Source: Octopus sinensis
Taxonomy: Eukaryota
Length of the DNA stretch: 64,000 nt
Assembly: GCF_006345805.1 (NCBI RefSeq)
Contig: NC_043003.1
Location: 38,378,001-38,442,000, forward strand
Direction of reading: 5' to 3'
Under the pieces are notes generated by a model that did not search any database, was not told the DNA's origin, and saw nothing but the letters and a program-made list of their open reading frames with translations. The translations under genes and the position numbers were made by a program. Shown in pieces: positions 57,535 through 64,000 of the stretch. The number at the start of each line of letters is the position of its first letter. The first letter of the stretch is position 1.

Positions 57535-57968
57535 GGATCTTTTCGGTTTGAACGGCAGTTTTTTTATATAATTTCCACGTAACTAAACACTTTTAAACTT
57601 CGTATACTGGTAGAATGTGTTTATAAAACATCTTTTTCTCTTGGCTTTATTGAGAAAATTCTATAGTTTGTAAGATATTTGTTGTTATTTTTCTTCAATT
57701 TCTGCAATTTCAACCAATCAATGACGTCTATTTGAGATGAAAACATTCTGTGCCGTATGAATATGTCCCTCGTTTAAGAAACAGATTGGGTTTATTTACA
57801 TTTGTGAAGAAAAAAGATACCCTTCCCCCCACCCATAACCCTATCCCTAACTAACCCTAACCCCAAAACAGATTGAAATGCAATAGATCGATACTAGGGT
57901 CATAATTATGGGTGACAATTTCATATGACACCGCTAGGAAAAAACTGCCGTTCAAACCGAAAAGATCC
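57535..57968. mobile_element. Merlin-like MITE (GG...CC TIRs, 8-bp TSD)
   Basis: TIR GGATCTTTTCGGTTTGAACGGCAGTTTTTT at both ends; TSD TAAGGCTT at 57527-57534 and 57969-57976; internal degenerate CCCTAA runs. Confidence 0.8.
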
Positions 57969-59940
57969 TAAGGCTTTAGAATGTTTGGATGGTTGCAAAT
58001 TAACTTTGAGGCACGTTCAAAATTACATGGATGTCTGATGATGACGAATATTTTTTTGTTTTTCCGACTGGCGTACACACAACGTAATAGGTATTAATAA
58101 ATAAGGGAGATTAGTCAGACATTTAACAATTATTTCCCTTTGATATCAGCTTCTCCAAGCTTCTTAGAGGCAGAGAGTGTCAGTGAAGAAGTGAGAACGA
58201 AACGAAACAAAATTTTAATTGACTATATTTCCACATGAAATTAGGCATACTTTTCAGAAACCCAAACGGGCCTCAGTTTGCCTATAACTGTTCTGCACAG
58301 ACTTCACGATGTAGAACCAGGTAGTGACTCTCATAGGTTCTGACCTTAACTGATTGGAAATATTATCACATACATGTTTTTTCTATGGTGTAAAAGATGG
58401 GGTACAGCAAATATTCTGCTCAGTATCACAGATTTGCTAGTCAGTTGCTTGACCTTAATCAGCTGAGCATGTCCCTTAGTGGCTGATGATATGTGCGTCT
58501 CTGATCACGAACACGAGTAGTTTAGGAGCATCGTACCCATGTCTCGAGAGAAATTCATAGGTGTTTGAATAATTCATGATTGGAAACATGAGTGTTTCGT
58601 TCATCATCGTTAACCAACCTTTATTCAAGGGTTTTTTCAGTGGAATGGGTGACATGACCTGCAGGAAATTCTAACTGGGACCCACCTGCAAGGTCATGCG
58701 CTGTTTATTTTCATATTTTGATACCATATGTCGCGCACATATAGTAGTGATGTATGTGCCTGGTGTACCCTTATCAGACTGGTAGTCATGGTGAGTATAC
58801 TGAGCTTCGAATATTTTACCCGTGTCACTTTGAAGGCATGCACTGCTCTCTCACTCAATAGTAATAATAATCCTTTCTATTATGAGCTCAAGGCCTGAGA
58901 TTTTAGGGGACAGGTAGTCAATCTCATCGATCCTCTGAGCTTGGCTTATTTTATCGACTCCGAAAGCATAAGAGGCAAAGTCAACCTCGCCGGAATTTGA
59001 ACTCAAAACATAAAAATGGACGAATTATCGCTAAGCATTTTGCGCGGCGTGCTAACGATTCTACTAGTTCTCTGCCTTGATGATGATGATGAACCCAGAA
59101 ACGTAAAAAGCTGGAAAATTGTTTCGAGGCATTTTGTTCAACGCTCTAAGAATTCTGCCAATTCACTATCCTATGTAATTTTCTATTTAGGCAGAAATTC
59201 GACAGTCTCGGGGAAAGGCGTTTGCTGATTAAATCAACTCCAGAACGTGACTGGTACATTATTTTCTCGACCTCCGAAGTTACCTTCAGTTGGCTGTGAT
59301 TATTTCACAAGTTTCCAGTCTTTCTTAAAACTTTCCGTACTTCGCATAGCCGTATGAGTAAGCAGGTTTGAGAACCTCTACTTGAGATTATCGTATCAGG
59401 AGTCAATAAAATAACATACTCCGTACTACAAAGAGACGAAATTATTAACTTTACACCAGACACAATAAAGCAAACATTACAATAAAATAAACCGATGTTG
59501 CATACAGATTCTGCAGTTGAGAAGCACAATGTTTGCTGCACCCAGCTCGGGTACATCGGGTGATGGGGGTACAAACTAATATACAAGGTATGAAATTTTG
59601 GGTGATCCTCGATTAAATCTACTCCAGTACATCAACTGTTGTTTGTTTTATCAGTCTCGAAAGGGTGGAAGGCAAACACCGACCTCTGCAGGATTTAAAA
59701 TCAGAACGTAAAACCGGAAAAATGCCGCTAAGCATTTTGTCTGGCGCCGCTAGCCATTCTGCCAGCTCGTCGTCTTCAGGTAAAAACTAATATAAACCCT
59801 CATAATACAATAAAGACACAAGACTAGTAAAAATTAGTCGATTAAATTGCTTATGTTCTGCATTTGGACGCAGGCGTGGTTGCGTGGTAAGAAGCTTGGT
59901 TCCGGGTTCAGTCCCACTGCGTGGCACCTTGGGCAAGTGT

Positions 59941-60105
59941 TTTAGTCGAAGAAATCACCTCCAGGACTTACTCTTTGTAAGCCTAGTACTTACTCTATCG
60001 GTCTCTTTTGCCGAACCGTTATGTTACGGGGATATAAATACACCAGCGTCGGTTGTCAAGCGATGGCTGGGGGGACAAACACAGACACACGCAGACACAT
60101 AAATG

Positions 60106-60186
<81 letters not shown>

Positions 60187-60682
60187 TACATGCATACGTA
60201 TATGTACATACTTACATATATACGTATATACATATGCATATGTGAGCACAGGGCGTCACAGAACGTAAACAACATAAAATACGAAAACATGGAATGCGAA
60301 ATACGAATACATGTTTTGCGAACAACGAAAGAAACAAATGGAAAACAAGACAAGCAACACAAAGAAAGACCCTTCATCAGTTGTCAGCTGTTTTTCTAAT
60401 CTGTATTTCGAGCAATTCACGACAAGATACGCCTTCGATAAAACAGTTGCTCCCGCAAAGCAAACGAAAAAAAAAATTTTGAATTTTTGCGGAGGGTCAA
60501 AATTGGTGACAAAAACAGGACAGTGAAAACAAGCAGGAAGGGGTGCTGAGCCTAAACGAGGGGAGGTGGCGAACGCGAAGGAGTAAGCTTGGACAGACAA
60601 GAATGCGTCTGATCCCTCCAGCTGAATCAAATTATTTTATTATTATATGATTGAACGCCACGCATCCGTTTCCAAGTACGTT

Positions 60683-60744
<62 letters not shown>

Positions 60745-60917
60745 CTGTGTGTGTGTGTGTGTGTGTGTGCTTCATTAAGTTTCCGTCTACTAAATCCACT
60801 CACCAGGCTTTGGTCGGCCCGAGGCTAGAGAAGAAGACACTTGCCTAAGGTGCCACGTAGTGGGACTGAACCCGAAACCATGTGGTTGGGAAGCAAGCCT
60901 CTTACCACACAGCCACG
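59941..60917 (-). mobile_element. Family-A SINE split in its internal microsatellite by a Penelope-like 3' fragment (about 60245-60680)
   Basis: SINE 3' half at about 59941-60095 and 5' head at about 60775-60917; the insert carries CTGATGAAGGG (minus, about 60370-60380). Insert identity is tentative. Confidence 0.6.
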
Positions 60918-61067
60918 CTTAAACTTTATATATATAATATATATTATGCATTAAAAGATATCACGATACAAACATATGCATGCTTGCGTACATACACATA
61001 AAAAATAATACAATACAAAAACAAATACAAAAAGTGAAACAAAACTTCAACGAAAATAGACAAATGA

Positions 61068-61143
<76 letters not shown>

Positions 61144-61198
61144 GTAGATAGATAGATAGATAGATTGACTGATTGATAGATAGATAAATAGATAGATT

Positions 61199-61286
<88 letters not shown>

Positions 61287-61289
<3 letters not shown>

Positions 61290-61619
61290 GTTTCTTTATT
61301 AGCCACACAGAGCTGCACACAGACAGGACAAAATTACAAGGTAGAGCTTTTCTTTTGGGGGTAAAAGAAGGGGGTTTGGTTCTCGATCAGAAGGGATCGT
61401 AAATGGAAAGAAAGAGGACAAAAAAGGGGGGGGATAAAATAAAATAAAATAAAAAGGGGGGGAGGGAGGAAAAAAAATTTGGTCAATAGGGATCGTTATC
61501 ACAGAAATGTCAATATGAAGTGTAAAGGAGAGGACAGGTGAGGTTTACCAGTGGAAAGAAAAGCCTACGGAAAAGACCACGGTAACCTCGGTCAATGAAG
61601 TCACATGTTATATTTCTTT
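61287..61619 (-). mobile_element. Second, shorter copy of the (GATA)n-associated element
   Basis: Colinear with about 50436-50770; (GATA)n on both sides. Confidence 0.75.
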
Positions 61620-62033
61620 ATAGATAGATAGATAGATAGATACGTAAAGAAACAAACGTACAAACCTGTTGGCTGCCCGGTGTAGAAGACGAGGAATGGT
61701 CAGCTAGATCCTGTTTTGGTCCTTCTGTACTTGTAGACATGTTCTTAGTGTTATGAATTCTTTTGTTAGAACCTGGGTGGTTGGGTAGCAGCGACAGTAT
61801 TGTAGTGGTGTCGTCGAAAAAGTTCCCTTAAATACAACAGCAACATGTAGATTGGTTTGTTTTTGTAGTTGATGTGAGTTTATGAATGACGCTTTTTGTG
61901 TGGCGACATCGACACATATACATACATACATACATACATACATACATACAGACATACATACATACATACATACATATATACATACATACATACATACATG
62001 TATCCATGCAACCATCCATCCATATATACATAC

Positions 62034-62113
<80 letters not shown>

Positions 62114-62162
62114 CGTATATATATGTGGGTGTATGTGTGTGTGTGTGTGTGTGTGTACACAA

Positions 62163-62203
<41 letters not shown>

Positions 62204-62891
62204 CACACACTCACACACACACACGCATACATAGATAGATACAAATTACAAACATAAATGCATCTTCTCTCTCCGGCTGTCTATCCTTCACTTACGCGCA
62301 CAGGTTCAATCACACACACACACACACACCACACACACTCACACATACACACACACACATTCACTCTCCCTATCTCCCTCTGTCTTTCACTCTCTCTCAC
62401 TCCCTCTCCACTCTCTTTCTTCCCTCTCATTCCCTCTCACCATTTCTTCTCTCTGTCTCTGTTTCTCACTCACTCACTCACTCACTCACTCACTCATTCA
62501 CTCACTCACTAACTCACTCACTCACTCACTCACTCTCTCTCTCTCACTTCCTCTCTCTCTCTCTCTCTCGTTCTCTCTCTGTCTGTCTCGCTCTCTCTCT
62601 CTCGTACAATCACATACATATACGGGGGCACAAAGATCACACACATTTTGTTCTGTATACATATGCGCACAAATGTGTGTGTGTGCGCGCGCAAGTACCG
62701 CTGCTACAACTACTACTGTTGCTGCTGCTGCTGGTGATTCTTTTTTGCCTTCTGATTATATCATTACAAGGACAGTTTCCAATTGGTGGCGGGGAAAGGA
62801 TACATAAAAAGATGCGAGGAAGAAAGGGGAGACAAGGAAGAGATGGAATAAATGTACATAGTTTACAAAATATTTGAACATGTGGATGATG

Positions 62892-63932
62892 CAGTCCTTC
62901 TTATACAGAATAGCCTCCAACTAGGGTCAATCAAGGAACCCCACAGATCCAGGATAGCCCTGACCACTACAGGCACAAACACTCGCCCAAACGCTGTCCT
63001 CCAGTCTACAGGCACACGATTAGTCCTCCTTATACAGAATAGCCTCCAACTAAGGTCAATCAAGGAACCCCCACAGATCCAGGATAGCCCTGACCACTAC
63101 AGGCACAAACACTCGCCCAAACGTTGTCCTCCAGTCTACAGGCACACGCTTAGTCCTCCTTATACAGAATAGCCTCCAACTAAGGTCAATCAAGGAACCC
63201 CCACAGATCCAGGATAGCCCTGACCACTACAGGCACAAACACTCGCCCAAACGTTGTCCTCCAGTCTACAGGCACACGCTTAGTCCTCCTTATACAGAAT
63301 AGCCTCCAACTAGGGTCAATCAAGGAACCCCCACAGATCCAGGATAGCCCTGACCACTGCAGGCACAAACACTCGCCCAAACGTTGTCCTCCAGTCTACA
63401 GGCACACGCTTAGTCCTCCTTATACAGAATAGCCTCCAACTAAGGTCAATCAAGGAACCCCCACAGATCCAGGATAGCCCTGACCACTACAGGCACAAAC
63501 ACTCGCCCAAACGTTGTCCTCCAGTCTACAGGCACACGCTTAGTCCTCCTTATACAGAATAGCCTCCAACTAAGGTCAATCAAGGAACCCCCACAGATCC
63601 AGGATAGCCCTGACCACTACAGGCACAAACACTCGCCCAAACGTTGTCCTCCAGTCTACAGTCACACGCTTAGTCCTCCTTATACAGAATAGCCTCCAAC
63701 TAAGGTCAATCAAGGAACCCCCACAGATCCAGGATAGCCCTGACCACTACAGGCACAAACACTCGCCCAAACGTTGTCCTCCAGTCTACAGTCACACGCT
63801 TAGTCCTCCTTATACAGAATAGCCTCCAACTAAGGTCAATCAAGGAACCCCCACAGATCCAGGATAGCCCTGACTACTACAGGCACAAACACTCGCCCAA
63901 ACGTTGTCCTCCAGTCTACAGTTACACGCTTA
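62892..63932. repeat. Tandem satellite: 8 near-identical 130-bp units
   Basis: TAGTCCTCCTTATACAG recurs at 63021, 63151, 63281, 63411, 63541, 63671 and 63801; the first unit is 129 bp. Confidence 0.97.
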
Positions 63933-64000
63933 TAGTTAGTTCATTCACGTCGACCATTTTTACCAGTCAGCCACGTTTTGAAAAATTTCTTGGTGGAGAG

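Noticed and set aside
62852-63172. ORF with HVDDAVLL resembling an RT YADD motif, and RVPVDWRT on the minus strand
   Set aside because: Short chance-level matches; the frame shifts with each 130-bp unit and there are no other RT motifs.
62892-63932. CRISPR-like array
   Set aside because: Units are identical along their whole length with no unique spacers, there are no cas genes, and the context is eukaryotic.

Overview
AT-rich, microsatellite-dense eukaryotic genomic DNA, most likely from Octopus. That inference rests on abundant tRNA-derived SINEs resembling the octopus OR/OK types, RTE-type tails and (TAA)n/(GATA)n/(TA)n arrays. I reconstructed two spliced host genes by hand, both on the minus strand, with GT-AG junctions and consistent phases. 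(1) An EFCAB7-like EF-hand gene: 9 coding exons from 29877 down to 920, 371 codons, continuing off the left edge, with a candidate ciliary-type promoter near 31.1-31.3 kb. (2) An SLC16/monocarboxylate-transporter-like gene: 6 exons from 55940 to a stop at 39925, 454 aa, start exon not located. The rest is layered mobile DNA: RTE, R4/Dong-like, Tx1/L1-like and CR1 non-LTR fragments, a Penelope-like GIY-YIG fragment, mariner/Tc1, Chapaev3-like, Merlin-like and Helitron-like elements, several SINE families and tandem arrays. The most interesting signal is a minimal hammerhead-ribozyme-like fold in the Penelope fragment, plus three long, near-perfect palindromes whose axes sit at or beside hammerhead-like 3' halves (GAAAC-palindrome-GUH, GAA absent in one). 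Two retroelement types appear to target (TAA)n and (GATA)n microsatellites. No CRISPR array, rRNA or bona fide tRNA gene was found. Family and gene names come from recalled motifs, not database searches. Repeat boundaries are approximate unless TSDs or TIRs are quoted.
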